Source: an uncultured Steroidobacteraceae bacterium (GTDB lineage: Bacteria > Pseudomonadota > Gammaproteobacteria > Steroidobacterales > Steroidobacteraceae). Taken from it: a DNA stretch of 64,000 nt. The stretch spans positions 107,293 through 171,292 of the forward strand of contig CAYORU010000003.1 in assembly GCA_964406445.1 (NCBI GenBank), read 5' to 3'. The position numbers and the translations under genes were made by a program. Below the pieces are notes generated by a model that saw nothing but the letters and a program-made list of their open reading frames with translations, was not told the DNA's origin and searched no databases. Shown piece after piece: positions 26,913 to 39,806 of the stretch (position 1 is the first letter of the stretch; the number at the start of each line of letters is the position of its first letter).

Positions 26913-27575
26913 TCAGCGACCGAGCAATTCTCGGGCTCGCGAGACCACCTGCGCAAACATCGCGTCGGTGAGCCGCCGCGTCTGGGTGTTGTAGCGGCTG
27001 CAGTGGTAGGAGTCGAGCAGCACCCGACCGCCGGGCAGCGCGTGCTCCGCGCCGTGCGCGAAGCGCGCCGAGGACGCGCGCAGGCCCAGCGCGCGCAGCA
27101 CCGCGCCGTGCGCCACCGCGCCGAGCGCCAGCACCACGCGCCCGCCGCCCGATTCGAGCTCGCGCGCCAGGTAAGGACTGCATTCGGCGACTTCGCCCGG
27201 CGTCGGCCTGTTGGCGGGCGGGAGGCAACGCACCGCGTTGGTGATCCGGCAGGCGGATAGCTCGAGCCCGTCGTCCGCGGCGACCGACGCCGGCCGCGCC
27301 GCAAGGCCCTGCTCGTGCAGGGTGCGGTACAGCAGGATCCCGGCGTGGTCCCCCGTGAACGGCCGGCCGGTCCGGTTGGCGCCGTGCATGCCGGGCGCGA
27401 GCCCGACGATCAGCATCGGCGCCCCGGCCGGCCCGAAGGACGGCACCGGCGCCGCGTGATAGCCGGGATGCGAGCGGCGGACGCCGGCCAGGAAACCGGC
27501 GAGCCGCGGGCAACGCGCGCAGCCAGGATCGAAGTCCCGCGACGCGGGCGGTCCCGGCCGGCCGGCGCCTGCCAC
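26913..27575 (-). CDS. Uracil-DNA glycosylase superfamily protein, family 4/5-like (Fe-S type)
   Basis: GLAPGMHGANRTGRPFTGD (motif A of the UdgB-like group as I recall it), LLDSYHCSRYN (motif B), and Cys ligands CARCP..RCLPP..ECSPY. GTG start 5 nt after the aceA stop. Confidence 0.75.
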   Translation of the reverse strand: MAGAGRPGPPASRDFDPGCARCPRLAGFLAGVRRSHPGYHAAPVPSFGPAGAPMLIVGLAPGMHGANRTGRPFTGDHAGILLYRTLHEQGLAARPASVAADDGLELSACRITNAVRCLPPANRPTPGEVAECSPYLARELESGGGRVVLALGAVAHGAVLRALGLRASSARFAHGAEHALPGGRVLLDSYHCSRYNTQTRRLTDAMFAQVVSRARELLGR

Positions 27576-27580
27576 GGGCC

Positions 27581-28885
27581 TCAGGCGTGCGCGCCCCGGA
27601 ACTGCTCCTCCTCGGTCGAGCCATGCATCGCGGTCACCGAGGACTGCCCGCCCTGGATCACCGTGGTGACGTCGTCGAAGTAGCCCGTGCCGACCTCCTG
27701 CTGGTGCGACACGAAGGTGTAGCCCCGGCCGCGGGCCGCGAACTCCGGCTCCTGGACCTTCTCGACGTAGGCGGTCATCCCGTCCTTCGCGTAGGACTGG
27801 GCGAGGTCGAACATGTTGAACCACATCGAGTGGATGCCGGCGAGCGTGATGAACTGGTACTTGTAGCCCATCGCGCCGAGCTCGCGCTGGAACTTGGCGA
27901 TGGTCGCGTCGTCGAGGTTCTTCTTCCAGTTGAAGGACGGCGAGCAGTTGTAGGCGAGCAGCTTGCCCGGGTGCTCCTTGCGGACAGCCTCGGCGAACTT
28001 GCGCGCGAACTCGAGGTCCGGAGTGCCCGTCTCGCACCACACCATGTCGGCATAGGCCGCATAGGCGAGCCCGCGCGAGATGGCCTGGCCGAGGCCCTTC
28101 TTCGTCTTGTAGAAGCCCTCGGCGGTGCGCTCGCCGGTGAGGAACGGCTTGTCGTTCTCGTCGACGTCGCTGGTCAGCAGGTCCGCCGCCTCGGCATCGG
28201 TGCGCGCGAGGATCACCGTCGGAACGCCCATCACGTCGGCCGCGAGGCGCGCGGCGACCAGCTTCTGCACCGCCTCCTGCGTGGGAACGAGCACCTTGCC
28301 GCCCATGTGCCCGCACTTCTTCACCGAGGCCAGCTGGTCCTCGAAGTGCACGCCGCCGGCGCCGGCGCGGATCATCGCCTTCATCAGCTCGAAGGCGTTC
28401 AGCACGCCGCCGAAGCCTGCCTCGGCGTCGGCGACGATCGGCGCGAAGAAGTCCACGTAGTCCTTGTGGCCCGGCCCGATGCCGCGCGAGCACTGGATCT
28501 CGTCGGCGCGCTTGAAGGCGTTGTTGATGCGCTCCACCACCGCCGGCACCGAGTTGACCGGGTACAGCGACTGGTCGGGGTACATGGACAGGTAGCTGTT
28601 GTTGTCGGCCGCGACCTGCCAGCCGGACAGGTAGATCGCCTTGATGCCGGCCTTGACCTGCTGCATCGCCTGCCCGCCCGTGAGCGCGCCGAGGCAGTTC
28701 ACGTACGGCTCGGTGTTCACCAGCTTCCACAGTCTCTCGGCCCCGAGGCGGGCGAGACTCTGCTCGACGTGGACGTTCCCGCGAAGGCGCACTACGTCCT
28801 CGGCGCTGTAGGCGCGTTTGACGCCCTTCCAGCGGGGATCGGCGTTCCATTCCTGGCGGAGCTGCTCTGCGGTCTTGGCGGTCAT
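27581..28885 (-). CDS. aceA: Isocitrate lyase
   Basis: 434 aa, with [13 protein letters not shown] catalytic loop and [11 protein letters not shown]. Confidence 0.95.
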   Translation of the reverse strand: MTAKTAEQLRQEWNADPRWKGVKRAYSAEDVVRLRGNVHVEQSLARLGAERLWKLVNTEPYVNCLGALTGGQAMQQVKAGIKAIYLSGWQVAADNNSYLSMYPDQSLYPVNSVPAVVERINNAFKRADEIQCSRGIGPGHKDYVDFFAPIVADAEAGFGGVLNAFELMKAMIRAGAGGVHFEDQLASVKKCGHMGGKVLVPTQEAVQKLVAARLAADVMGVPTVILARTDAEAADLLTSDVDENDKPFLTGERTAEGFYKTKKGLGQAISRGLAYAAYADMVWCETGTPDLEFARKFAEAVRKEHPGKLLAYNCSPSFNWKKNLDDATIAKFQRELGAMGYKYQFITLAGIHSMWFNMFDLAQSYAKDGMTAYVEKVQEPEFAARGRGYTFVSHQQEVGTGYFDDVTTVIQGGQSSVTAMHGSTEEEQFRGAHA

Positions 28886-28919
28886 GGTGGTGTCCTTGGG
28901 GGAAGGCCTGCTGTTCGGT

Positions 28920-30524
<1,605 letters not shown>

Positions 30525-30537
30525 TCGTAAGTTCCTG

Positions 30538-30553
30538 TTTTGCTGACGCAAAG
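30538..30553. promoter_or_regulatory. Palindrome TTTTGC-TGAC-GCAAAG immediately upstream of the aceB SD
   Basis: Read directly; anchored on track ORF 30540. Confidence 0.35.
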
Positions 30554-30620
30554 CGCGATGTCGTATTCTACGGGGACAGGCCCGCGCGGGCATCCGGATC
30601 ACTCCCGACGTCACCCGCCA

Positions 30621-30634
30621 TTTTGCGACGCAAG
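30621..30634. promoter_or_regulatory. Second copy of the motif, TTTTGCGACGCAAG (TTGCG-A-CGCAA), in the aceB/rluE divergent intergenic region
   Basis: Read directly. It lies about 100 nt upstream of the aceB start and about 85 nt upstream of the rluE start. Confidence 0.35.
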
Positions 30635-30717
30635 AGGATATCAGCCCCAGCGCCGACCGCAACCGGCAGCAGGGTCGCAGCCGGCCGGCCGTGCCGGCAC
30701 GGCGGCTTTGCGCGCGC

Positions 30718-31287
30718 ATGCCGACGCTGATCTTCAACAAGCCCCACGGCGTCCTGACCCGGTTCATCGATCCCGGCGGTCGCCGGACGCTGGCCGAGTG
30801 GATCGACGTGCCCGGAGTCTATCCGGCCGGTCGGCTCGACCTCGACAGCGAAGGCCTGCTGGTGCTCACGGGCGACGGGCGGCTGCAGGCGCGCATCGCG
30901 CACCCCCGCTTCCACTGGCCGAAGACCTACTGGACGCAGGTGGAGGGCACGGTGACCGACGAGGCGCTGGCCGCGCTGCGACGCGGGGTCGCGCTGAAGG
31001 ATGGCCCGACGCGGCCAGCCGACGCGGAAGCCATTCCGGAGCCCGCCGGACTCTGGCCCCGCGACCCGCCGATTCGCTTCCGCCGGCACATCCCGACCGC
31101 CTGGCTGCGCCTGACGATCCGCGAGGGTCGCAACCGGCAGGTCAGGCGCATGACGGCGGCCGTCGGCCTGCCGACGCTACGGCTGATCCGCTGGTCCGTG
31201 GGCCCGTGGACGCTCGAAGGCCTGGCCCCGGGCCAGTGGCGCGAGCTGGCGCCGGAGGAGCTGGCGCTCGCTCAGGTCCTGCGCTGA
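30718..31287 (+). CDS. rluE: 23S rRNA pseudouridine(2457) synthase RluE
   Basis: [23 protein letters not shown]...[19 protein letters not shown]...YWTQVEG...LKDGPT...[41 protein letters not shown] is nearly collinear with E. coli RluE. Confidence 0.9.
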   Translation: MPTLIFNKPHGVLTRFIDPGGRRTLAEWIDVPGVYPAGRLDLDSEGLLVLTGDGRLQARIAHPRFHWPKTYWTQVEGTVTDEALAALRRGVALKDGPTRPADAEAIPEPAGLWPRDPPIRFRRHIPTAWLRLTIREGRNRQVRRMTAAVGLPTLRLIRWSVGPWTLEGLAPGQWRELAPEELALAQVLR

Positions 31288-32624
31288 CTGGCGATCAGCA
31301 TCGCGAGTTCCAGCGCCTGCTCGTAGTTGAGCCGGGGATCGACGGTAGTGCGGTAGGCGCGGGCGAGGTCGAGGTCCGACAGGCCGCGTGCGCCGCCCGT
31401 GCACTCCGTGACGTCGTCGCCGGTCAGCTCGCAGTGCACGCCGCCGAGCGTCGAGCCCAGGTCCTTGTGGATCCTGAACGCAGACTCGACCTCGGCGAGG
31501 ATGTTCTCGAACCGCCGGGTCTTCACCCCGGCGGCGGTGGACTCGGTGTTGCCGTGCATCGGGTCGCAGACCCACAGCACGCGCCGGCCGGTGCGCCGCA
31601 CCGCCTGGATCATGCGCGGCAGGGACCGCTCGATGTCCTTCACCCCGAGGCGGTGGATCAGCGTCAGCCGGCCCGGCTCGTTGTCCGGGTTCAAGGTCTC
31701 GACCAGGCCCTGCAGCCAGGCGTCGTCCATCGCGGGGCCGACCTTGACCGCCACCGGGTTCGAGATGCCGCGGAAGTACTCGACGTGCGCGCCGTCGAGC
31801 GCGGCGGTGCGCATGCCGATCCAGGGGAAGTGCGTCGACAGGTTGTACCAGCGGTTGCGGCGCGGGATGAAGCGGGTCTGGGCCTGCTCGTAGTGCAGCA
31901 GCAGGCCTTCGTGGCTCGCGTAGAAGCGCGCCTGCGAGGTCTCGTGGATCGGCCCGCCTGAGATCGCCTCGAAGAAGTCGAGCGCATCCGAGATCGAGTC
32001 CACGATCCGCTGGTAGGCCTCGCGCGAGGGCGCGTGCTGCATGAAGTTGAGGTCCCAGTACTCCGGGTGGTGCAGGTCGGCGAACCCGCCGTCCACCAGC
32101 GCGCGCACGAAGTTGATGGTGAGCGCCGCCCGTTCGTAGCCGCGCAGCAGCAGGTCAGGATCGGGCTCGCGCTCGCCGGCCGTGAAGCCGGCGCGGTTGA
32201 CGTTGTCGCCGCGGTAGCTCGGCAGCGTCACGCCGTCGCGCGTCTCGCTGCCGGCAGAGCGAGGCTTGGCGTACTGCCCGCCCATGCGGCCGACGCGGAT
32301 GACCGGCTTCTTGAGGCCGTGCAGCAGCACTAGGCTCATCTGCAGCAGGATCTTCAGCTGCTTGGCGATCCGCGAGGACTCGCATTCTGCGAAGCTCTCG
32401 GCGCAGTCCCCGCCCTGCAGAAGGAATCGCTTCCCCTCCTCCGCCTCGGCGAGCTGCTGGCGCAGCGCGTCGACCTCCCAGGAGACCACGATCGGCGGCA
32501 GCGCCGCGAGCTGGACGAGCACGCGCTCGAGGCCGGCCGGGTCGGCATAGTGGGGCTGCTGCGCCGCCGGCCGGGACTGCCAGCTCGAGGGCGACCAGGA
32601 CTCGATCGGTGTGGCGGTGTTCAT
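31272..32624 (-). CDS. Class II (plant/AroA-II type) 3-deoxy-7-phosphoheptulonate (DAHP) synthase
   Basis: 450 aa, with [12 protein letters not shown] and [11 protein letters not shown] motifs typical of class II DAHP synthases. The 3' end overlaps the convergent rluE by 16 nt. Confidence 0.9.
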   Translation of the reverse strand: MNTATPIESWSPSSWQSRPAAQQPHYADPAGLERVLVQLAALPPIVVSWEVDALRQQLAEAEEGKRFLLQGGDCAESFAECESSRIAKQLKILLQMSLVLLHGLKKPVIRVGRMGGQYAKPRSAGSETRDGVTLPSYRGDNVNRAGFTAGEREPDPDLLLRGYERAALTINFVRALVDGGFADLHHPEYWDLNFMQHAPSREAYQRIVDSISDALDFFEAISGGPIHETSQARFYASHEGLLLHYEQAQTRFIPRRNRWYNLSTHFPWIGMRTAALDGAHVEYFRGISNPVAVKVGPAMDDAWLQGLVETLNPDNEPGRLTLIHRLGVKDIERSLPRMIQAVRRTGRRVLWVCDPMHGNTESTAAGVKTRRFENILAEVESAFRIHKDLGSTLGGVHCELTGDDVTECTGGARGLSDLDLARAYRTTVDPRLNYEQALELAMLIASQRRT

Positions 32625-32643
32625 TGCGCGGCATCCTACACGG

Positions 32644-32659
32644 TTGCGCTGCACCGCAA
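32644..32659. promoter_or_regulatory. Palindrome TTGCG-CTGCAC-CGCAA 20-35 nt upstream of the class II DAHP synthase start
   Basis: Read directly. Same half-sites as the aceB-region motifs. Confidence 0.3.
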
Positions 32660-32742
32660 AACGCGCCGCCGATGTGCCCGGAACCCGACCTCGCCCTGGT
32701 CAGATCCGGGACGGAGGCGGCTCGCCGAAGGCTCCGCCTCCG

Positions 32743-33672
32743 CTACCGGCTGCCGGCCACAGGATCAACCCGGCCTGCCAGCGCCCGCACGATCATCCGC
32801 ACGTAACGCTCGCCGTTGATGAACCCCCCGCCCCACCTCTCGTCGAAATCGGCGGTCGGCGCCTGCGCCACGATCGCCTCGGCGTCGAGGCCCTGCTCCA
32901 CGAGTTCGCGGATGCGCCCGGTCGTCGCGGACAGCATCGCGCGGTAGGCCTCGAGCTCGGCGCGGCCGGACATGGGACCGTGGCCGGGGATGATCCTGGT
33001 CGCGGGGCCAGCCATCCCGAGGATCTGGTCGATGCAGGCGAGCAGCCCGTCGACGCTGCCGCCCGAATCGAAGTCGATGAAGGGATAGCTGCCATTGAAG
33101 AACGTGTCGCCGGCGTGAATGACGTCGGCCTTCGTGAAATGCACCAGCACGTCGCCGTCGGTGTGGGCCCTTGCCACGTGGATCGCGCGGATCTCGTCGC
33201 CGTTGAGGTGAAATGCCGCCTCGTCGTTGAAGGTGATCACCGGCAGCGCCGCCGGCGGCGAGGCGGGCACCGCGCGCTGAAAGAACTCCATCATCTGCGG
33301 AACGCTCATCCGCGCCCGCACGTTGTCGTGCGCGACGATCACGGCGCCGGCCTTGCCGAAGTTCTCGTTGCCGCCGGTGTGGTCGAAGTGCCAGTGCGTG
33401 TTCAGCACGAAGCGTACCGGCGGGGCACCGAGATCCTCGACCGCCTTCTGGATGGCGGGCGTCATCGGCGCGAACTGGTCGTCGACGAGAAACGTGGCGT
33501 CCGCGCCCAACGAAAGCGCCATGTTGCCGCCGTTGCCGAACAGCACGTACAGGCCCTCGGCGAGCTTCTCGGCGCGGACCGTGGCGTCGGGAGGCGGCAG
33601 CTGGGCGAGCGCGGGCCCGGCGCAGAGGATGGCGGCAGCGGCGAGCAGGGCGGATTTAGCGGGAAGGCGCAT
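32743..33672 (-). CDS. Secreted MBL-fold metallo-hydrolase
   Basis: Signal peptide [24 protein letters not shown] and the HxHxDH motif in [12 protein letters not shown]. Confidence 0.85.
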   Translation of the reverse strand: MRLPAKSALLAAAAILCAGPALAQLPPPDATVRAEKLAEGLYVLFGNGGNMALSLGADATFLVDDQFAPMTPAIQKAVEDLGAPPVRFVLNTHWHFDHTGGNENFGKAGAVIVAHDNVRARMSVPQMMEFFQRAVPASPPAALPVITFNDEAAFHLNGDEIRAIHVARAHTDGDVLVHFTKADVIHAGDTFFNGSYPFIDFDSGGSVDGLLACIDQILGMAGPATRIIPGHGPMSGRAELEAYRAMLSATTGRIRELVEQGLDAEAIVAQAPTADFDERWGGGFINGERYVRMIVRALAGRVDPVAGSR

Positions 33673-33768
33673 CGTGCGGACCTCTCGTGACGTCGACGTC
33701 GCAGGCGGTTTGCAGGCTTGTAGCAGACGCACCTGCTATCATCAACGCATTCCACGGAGAGGACCGGC

Positions 33769-35142
33769 ATGCGCGCAGCGCTCTACGCCGCCGCGGTCAC
33801 GATCGGCCTCGGCATGATCACCTCGCTCGCGGCGGGCCAGCCGGCGGCGGCCGGCCCGAGCGGCGTGGTGGTCGAGATCAAGGACGCGATCGGCCCGGCG
33901 ACCAAGGACCACTTCCTGCGCGCACTCGCCAAGGCCGAGGAACAGCGCGCCGAGTTGCTCGTGCTCGTCCTGGACACGCCGGGCGGCCTCGACGCCGCGA
34001 TGCGCGACATGATCCAGGGCATCCTCAATGCCGACGTGCCCGTCGTCACCTACGTCGCGCCCTCCGGCGCACGCGCGGCGAGTGCCGGCACCTATATCCT
34101 CTATGCCAGCCACGTCGCGGCCATGGCGCCCGGCACCAACCTCGGCGCGGCGACGCCGGTGCCGATCGGTGGCGCGCCGCCGCCCTCCCCCGAGCCGCGC
34201 AAGCCTGCCGGCGCGGAAGAGCCGAAGGACGCGCCCGCGGAGACGCCGCCGTCGCCCGGCTCGGCCTCGGACCGCAAGGCCATCAACGACGCCGTCGCCT
34301 ACATCCGCGGACTCGCCGAGATGCGCGGCCGCAACGTCGAGTGGGCGGAGGCGGCCGTCCGCAGCGCCGCGAGCCTGACTGCGACCGATGCGCTCGCGCA
34401 GGACGTGATCGATCTGGTGGCCGACGACCTGCCGGCGTTGATCGCCGCGCTGGACGGCCGGGAGGTCGACGTCGCCGGCGCGAAGCGCACGCTGCGCACC
34501 GAGGGACTCACGCTCGAGCGCTTCGAACGCGACTGGCGCACCGACCTGCTCGCCGTGATCACCAACCCGCTGGTGGCCTACGGGCTGCTGATCATCGGCC
34601 TGTACGGCCTGCTGTTCGAGGGCTACAACCCGGGCGCCATCCTGCCTGGCGTTGTCGGCGCGATCTGCCTGCTGCTGGGGCTCTATGCGCTGCAGGTGCT
34701 GTCGGTCAATTACGCGGGGCTCGCGCTCGTCGGCCTCGGGCTCGCGATGATGATCGCCGAAGTGTTCGTGCCGAGCTTCGGCGCGCTCGGCGTCGGCGGG
34801 CTGGCGGCCTTCGTGATCGGCTCGATCATCCTGATGGACACCGACGCCCCGGGATTCGGCCTGAACCTCGGGCTGGTCGGCGGCATCGCCCTGGCGGCGG
34901 GACTCGCGATGTTCGGCACGGCATGGCTCGCCGTCCGCGCCCGCCGGCGGCCGGTCACCACGGGCGTCGAGCAGCTGCTCGGCGCCGAGGGCGTCGCGCT
35001 CGGCGCGATCGCCGGGCGCGGCCGCGTGCGGATCGTGGGCGAGGAGTGGACTGCGGAGAGCGCCGAGCCTGTCGCGGACGGGGCGCGCGTAGTGGTCGAG
35101 GGCATCGAGGGCCTGACGCTCAAGGTCCGGCCCAAGGGCTGA
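33769..35142 (+). CDS. NfeD-family membrane-bound ClpP-class serine protease
   Basis: [41 protein letters not shown], four or five TM segments, and a C-terminal OB-like domain ([12 protein letters not shown]...[16 protein letters not shown]). Confidence 0.85.
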   Translation: MRAALYAAAVTIGLGMITSLAAGQPAAAGPSGVVVEIKDAIGPATKDHFLRALAKAEEQRAELLVLVLDTPGGLDAAMRDMIQGILNADVPVVTYVAPSGARAASAGTYILYASHVAAMAPGTNLGAATPVPIGGAPPPSPEPRKPAGAEEPKDAPAETPPSPGSASDRKAINDAVAYIRGLAEMRGRNVEWAEAAVRSAASLTATDALAQDVIDLVADDLPALIAALDGREVDVAGAKRTLRTEGLTLERFERDWRTDLLAVITNPLVAYGLLIIGLYGLLFEGYNPGAILPGVVGAICLLLGLYALQVLSVNYAGLALVGLGLAMMIAEVFVPSFGALGVGGLAAFVIGSIILMDTDAPGFGLNLGLVGGIALAAGLAMFGTAWLAVRARRRPVTTGVEQLLGAEGVALGAIAGRGRVRIVGEEWTAESAEPVADGARVVVEGIEGLTLKVRPKG

Positions 35143-35153
35143 AGGAGAGAAAC

Positions 35154-35921
35154 ATGCAGATCGCGTTCATCGTGCTGGCCGTATTCATCGTGATGCTGCT
35201 CGCCAGCGCCATCAAGATCCTCAAGGAGTACGAGCGGGGCGTGGTCTTCACGCTCGGTCGCTACACGGGAATGAAGGGACCGGGCCTGATCATCGTCATC
35301 CCGGTCATCCAGCAGATGATGCGGGTGGACCTGCGCACCATCGTGCTCGACGTGCCCAAGCAGGACGTGATCTCGCGCGACAACGTCTCCGTGAAGGTCA
35401 ACGCGGTCGTCTACTTCCGCATCGTGGACCCCGCCAAGGCGATCATCCAGGTCGCCAACCCGTTCGAGGCCACCAGCCAGCTCGCGCAGACGACGCTGCG
35501 CTCGGTGCTCGGCCAGCACGAGCTCGACGAGATGCTTTCCCAGCGCGAGCGGCTCAACGCGGACGTGCAGCAGATCCTCGACCAGAACACCGACGCCTGG
35601 GGCATCAAGGTCTCGCACGTCGAGATCAAGCACGTCGACCTGGACGAGAGCATGATCCGCGCGATGGCGCGGCAGGCCGAGGCCGAGCGTTCGCGGCGCG
35701 CCAAGATCATCCACGCCGAGGGCGAGCAGCAGGCGGCCAGGCAGCTGGTCGCGGCCGCGCAGGAACTCGGCGCCGACCCGCGCGCCATCCAGCTGCGGTA
35801 CCTGCAGACGCTCACCGAGCTGGCCGGCGACAAGACCTCGACCATCGTCTTCCCCGTGCCGATGGACCTGCTGAGCCCGCTGCTCAAGGGCATCAAGGGG
35901 CCGGAAGGCTCCTCAGGCTGA
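35154..35921 (+). CDS. SPFH/band-7 (stomatin-like, slipin) protein
   Basis: [37 protein letters not shown]...[18 protein letters not shown]...[15 protein letters not shown]. Canonical partner of NfeD. Confidence 0.9.
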   Translation: MQIAFIVLAVFIVMLLASAIKILKEYERGVVFTLGRYTGMKGPGLIIVIPVIQQMMRVDLRTIVLDVPKQDVISRDNVSVKVNAVVYFRIVDPAKAIIQVANPFEATSQLAQTTLRSVLGQHELDEMLSQRERLNADVQQILDQNTDAWGIKVSHVEIKHVDLDESMIRAMARQAEAERSRRAKIIHAEGEQQAARQLVAAAQELGADPRAIQLRYLQTLTELAGDKTSTIVFPVPMDLLSPLLKGIKGPEGSSG

Positions 35922-38900
35922 AGCGGCGGCGGCGCGCGCCGCCTCGAGCTGTCGCGACAGGCGCTTGGCCGAGACGGGCAGCGACGTCTTGAGCTCCTGC
36001 GCGAACAGCGACACGGCGAACTCCTCGACCATCCAGCGCAGCAGCTCGAGGTCGGCCGGCGGGGCTTCGCCCGTCCTGCGCGACCCGAGCAGCCCCCGGA
36101 CGGCCGAGCGCCACTCGCGCAGCTCGTACTGCGTCTTGCCCGCGCCGCCGCGGGCGAGCGGCAGCTTCGCGATCCGCCGCCGCGCGGCCGCGAGGTATCG
36201 CGGCAGCGCGTCGAACCACGGATCCGGCGCGGCGGCGACGACGTCCTCCGGCACCAGTTCCTCCACCTGTGCGCGGCAGTCGTCGACGAGCGCGGGATCG
36301 ATGCCCTCGGGCAGCGCGGCGAGATCGGCGCGCGCCAGCCGGCGCTCCTCGAGAACGCGCCGCAAGGTGTCGCGGATGCGCATCGCCTCGTCGTAGAGCT
36401 CGGGCCGGCCGAGCTCGACGCAGGCCTCGAAGCCGCCCCGGTCGCGTGGCAGCGGCGCGTCCACCGGCAGGCAGCAACGCTCGATCGCGCGGTCGCAGAC
36501 CTGGTCCGCAATCGCCCGCGGGGACGCCACCCCCTGCTGCAGCAGTGCGAGCCCTGAATCGGCGGCGAGGGCCCGCCGCACGTGGCGAAGCTGAGGCTCG
36601 AGCCTGAGCGACAGCAGCCGGCGGATCCCGCCGCGGGACAGCGCCGCCGCGGCGGCCTCGGAGTCGGCCAGCACGCGCGCCGCCGAGTCGCCGCGGTCCT
36701 CGAGCGCCGGGTAGAGCGTCAGCGTCAGCCCGTCGCGGCGCACGTCGAGGGATTCCGGCAGCACGTCGAACTCCCAGTCGCGCAGCCCCTCGCGGGTGAA
36801 GTCGCCAGCCGAGACCGCGAGCGAGCGGCGGCGCTCCTGCCTCAGCGTCTCCGCGAGCGCCACCGGGTCGCGTCCCTCGCCGACGACCTGCCCGTCGAGG
36901 TCGACCACGCGCAGGTTCAGCACGAGATGCGGCGGCAGCGACACGGCGCGCAGCTGGGCCGCTTCGATTCGCTCGCCGCCGTGGCGCGTCAGCCAGGCCG
37001 CGGCCGCCTCGAAGAACCCCTGCCCGCGGTCCGCCTCGATCGCCTCGAGGCAGCCCGCGGCCACGTCCGGCGCCGGCACGAGCCCGCGCCGCAGCGCTTT
37101 CGGCAGCCCGCGGATGCAGCAGGCGAGCTTTTCCTGCCGCCAGCCGGGAATGCCCCACTCGGTTTCGCCGGGCGCGAGCGCCGCGAGCAGCGGCAGCGGC
37201 AGCTCCACGGTGGCGCCGTCGTCCGGCGCCTCGGGGTCGAAGCGGTAGTGGACGGTCAGCGCGTGGCCGGCGAGGTCCAGCCGGCCCGGCAGCGCCTCGC
37301 GGTCCACGGTCGGCGCGTCCGGCGGCAGGACGTCGCCGGCCGCGAATTCGAGCAGCCCCGACGCCTCGCGCTCCGCGTCGCGGCGCCAGCGCTCGAAGGT
37401 CTCGAGGCTGTGCACGCTCGCCGGCACGCGGCTCGCGTAAAACGACAGGATCCGCTCCTCGTCGAGCAGCACGCCGCGCCGGCGCAGCCGCGCCTCGAGC
37501 GTCTCGAGGCCGGCGAGCACCCGCGCGTTCCTGTCCAGGAACCGCGCCCGCAGCCGGCAACGGCGGTGGACCAGCGCCTCGCGCAGGAACACCCGGCGCG
37601 CCTCCCCGGGCGCGATCCGGCCGAAGTTGACCCGCCGGCCGGCCGCGAGTGTCAGGCCGTAGAGCGCGACGGTCTCGCGCGCCACCACCTGTCCGCGCGC
37701 CGGGTCCCACTCGGCTTCGCCGTAGCTGCGGCGGATCAGGTGATGCGCCGCGGTCTCGATCCAGCCCGGCTCGATCGCCGCGACCATTCGCGCGTAGACG
37801 CGGCGTGTCTCGGCGAGCGTGGCCGCCATGATCCAGCGCCCCGGCTTCCTCGGCCCGCCCGGCGCGAGCACGAAGCGCAGGCCGCGCGCGCCGAGGTAGT
37901 CGCCCTTCTCGCTGCGCTCGCCGACCTGGCCGAGCAGGCCGGGCAGCAGCGAGCGGTGGATGGCCTCGTAGGTGGCCGGCGCCTCGTTGGCGCGCCAGCC
38001 GAGTTCCTCGACCAGCGTGGCGACCTGGTTGCGCAGGTCCTCCCACTCGCGCATGCGCAGCGCCGAGAGGAACTGCTCGCGGCACCAGCGGCGCGCCTGC
38101 GAGCCGGAGCGCGCCGCCCGGACCTCGCGCCAGGCCCGCCACAGGTTGAGCAATGCCGCGAAATCGGAGCGCGGGTCGGCGAAGGCCGCGTGGCGCTCGT
38201 CGGCCGCGGCGCGCAGCTCCTGCGGCCGCTCGCGCGGGTCCTGGATGCTGAGCGCGGCGACCAGCGTCGTGACCTCTGCCAGCGCGCCGAAGCGCCGCGC
38301 CTCGGCGAGCATCCGCGCGAAGCGCGGGTCCACCGGCAGGCGCGCCAGCTGCCGGCCGAGCTCGGTGACCCGCCGCTCGCCGTCGACCGCCTCCAGCTCC
38401 TGCAGCAGCCGGTAGCCGTCGTTGACGAGGCGCGTGTCCGGCGGGTCCGGGAACGGGAAGTCGGCCATGGCGCCGAGGCCGAGCACCTCCATCTGCAGGA
38501 TCACGCTCGCGAGGTTGGTGCGCAGGATCTCCGGCGGCGTGAAGGCCTCGCGGGCGGCGAAATCGTCCTCGCCGTAGAGCCGTATGCAGATGCCCGGGCC
38601 GACGCGGCCGCAGCGGCCGCGGCGCTGGTCGGCGCTCGCCCGCGACACCGGCTCGACCGGCAGGCGCAGCAGCTTGCTGCGCGGGCTGTAGCGGGCGATC
38701 CGCGCCAGCCCGCTGTCGACCACCGCGCGGATCCCCGGCACCGTGATCGAGGTCTCGGCGACGTTGGTGGCGAGCACGATGCGCCGCCGGCCGCCACGCT
38801 CGAAGATGCGCTGCTGCTCGGCCCAGGAGAGCCGCGAGAACAGCGGCAGGATCTCGAAGGCCGGCCCGAAGGCCCGCGCCAGCGCCTCGGCCGCCTCGCG

Positions 38901-39803
38901 GATCTCGCGCTCGCCGGGCAGGAACACCAGCACGTCGCCGCCCTCGCCCGCGAGCTCGCGCACCGCGGCGACGATGCCGGGCTCGAGGCCGGGGTCCAGG
39001 TCGTCCTCGTCGTCGCGGCCGAGCGGCCGGAAGCGCGTCTCGATCGGATAGCCGCGGCCGGAGACCTCGATCACCGGTGCGCCGTCGAAGAATCGCGAGA
39101 AGCTCTCCGGGTCGATGGTCGCCGAGGTGACCACGATCCTCAGGTCCGGGCGGCGCGGCAGGAGGCGCTTGAGGTAGCCGAGCAGGAAGTCGATGTTGAG
39201 GCTGCGCTCATGGGCCTCGTCGAGGATCAGGGTGTCGTAGCGCAAGAGCTCCGGGTCCTCGCGGATCTCGGCGAGCAGGATGCCGTCGGTCATGACGCGC
39301 ACCAGCGCGTCGTCCGAGCCGCTCTGTGCGAAGCGCACCTTGAAGCCGACCTGCGCGCCGGGCGGCACGCCGAGCTCCTCGGCGAGCCGCGCCGCAACCG
39401 CGCGCGCCGCGATGCGCCGCGGCTGGGTGTGGCCGATGATCCCCGCGAGCCCGCGCCCCGCCTCGAGGCAGGCCTTCGGCAGCTGCGTGGTCTTGCCCGA
39501 GCCGGTCTCGCCGCAGACGACCACCACCGGGTGTCGCGCGATGGCCTCGCGGATCTCGTCGATGCGCCCCGAGACCGGCAGGTCCTGCGGATACCGGACC
39601 TGCGGCACGCTCGCCCGCCGCGCCTCGGCGCGCTGCCGCGCAGCCTCCAGCAGCCGATCGAGCGACTCGCGCTCGCGGCCAGCCGGGCGGCCGTCTCGCT
39701 CGCGCGCGGCGAGCCGCGAGGCCAGCGCCTCGAGGCGCCGCCGATCGGTGAGCCTCAAGCCCGCAAGCGCCGCGTGATCCGCGCGAGCCGGCCGCTCCGC
39801 CAC
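35913..39803 (-). CDS. hrpA: ATP-dependent RNA helicase HrpA (DEAH-box)
   Basis: 1296 aa, with [44 protein letters not shown] and QRRGRCGR motifs. The 3' end overlaps the convergent SPFH gene by 9 nt. Confidence 0.95.
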   Translation of the reverse strand: MAERPARADHAALAGLRLTDRRRLEALASRLAARERDGRPAGRERESLDRLLEAARQRAEARRASVPQVRYPQDLPVSGRIDEIREAIARHPVVVVCGETGSGKTTQLPKACLEAGRGLAGIIGHTQPRRIAARAVAARLAEELGVPPGAQVGFKVRFAQSGSDDALVRVMTDGILLAEIREDPELLRYDTLILDEAHERSLNIDFLLGYLKRLLPRRPDLRIVVTSATIDPESFSRFFDGAPVIEVSGRGYPIETRFRPLGRDDEDDLDPGLEPGIVAAVRELAGEGGDVLVFLPGEREIREAAEALARAFGPAFEILPLFSRLSWAEQQRIFERGGRRRIVLATNVAETSITVPGIRAVVDSGLARIARYSPRSKLLRLPVEPVSRASADQRRGRCGRVGPGICIRLYGEDDFAAREAFTPPEILRTNLASVILQMEVLGLGAMADFPFPDPPDTRLVNDGYRLLQELEAVDGERRVTELGRQLARLPVDPRFARMLAEARRFGALAEVTTLVAALSIQDPRERPQELRAAADERHAAFADPRSDFAALLNLWRAWREVRAARSGSQARRWCREQFLSALRMREWEDLRNQVATLVEELGWRANEAPATYEAIHRSLLPGLLGQVGERSEKGDYLGARGLRFVLAPGGPRKPGRWIMAATLAETRRVYARMVAAIEPGWIETAAHHLIRRSYGEAEWDPARGQVVARETVALYGLTLAAGRRVNFGRIAPGEARRVFLREALVHRRCRLRARFLDRNARVLAGLETLEARLRRRGVLLDEERILSFYASRVPASVHSLETFERWRRDAEREASGLLEFAAGDVLPPDAPTVDREALPGRLDLAGHALTVHYRFDPEAPDDGATVELPLPLLAALAPGETEWGIPGWRQEKLACCIRGLPKALRRGLVPAPDVAAGCLEAIEADRGQGFFEAAAAWLTRHGGERIEAAQLRAVSLPPHLVLNLRVVDLDGQVVGEGRDPVALAETLRQERRRSLAVSAGDFTREGLRDWEFDVLPESLDVRRDGLTLTLYPALEDRGDSAARVLADSEAAAAALSRGGIRRLLSLRLEPQLRHVRRALAADSGLALLQQGVASPRAIADQVCDRAIERCCLPVDAPLPRDRGGFEACVELGRPELYDEAMRIRDTLRRVLEERRLARADLAALPEGIDPALVDDCRAQVEELVPEDVVAAAPDPWFDALPRYLAAARRRIAKLPLARGGAGKTQYELREWRSAVRGLLGSRRTGEAPPADLELLRWMVEEFAVSLFAQELKTSLPVSAKRLSRQLEAARAAAASA

Positions 39804-39806
39804 GGC

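Noticed and set aside
35913-39803. Large helicase as a defence-system component
   Set aside because: It is full-length collinear with housekeeping HrpA (DEAH, HA2, OB and a long C-terminal region), with no nuclease or other effector fusion and no defence neighbours.
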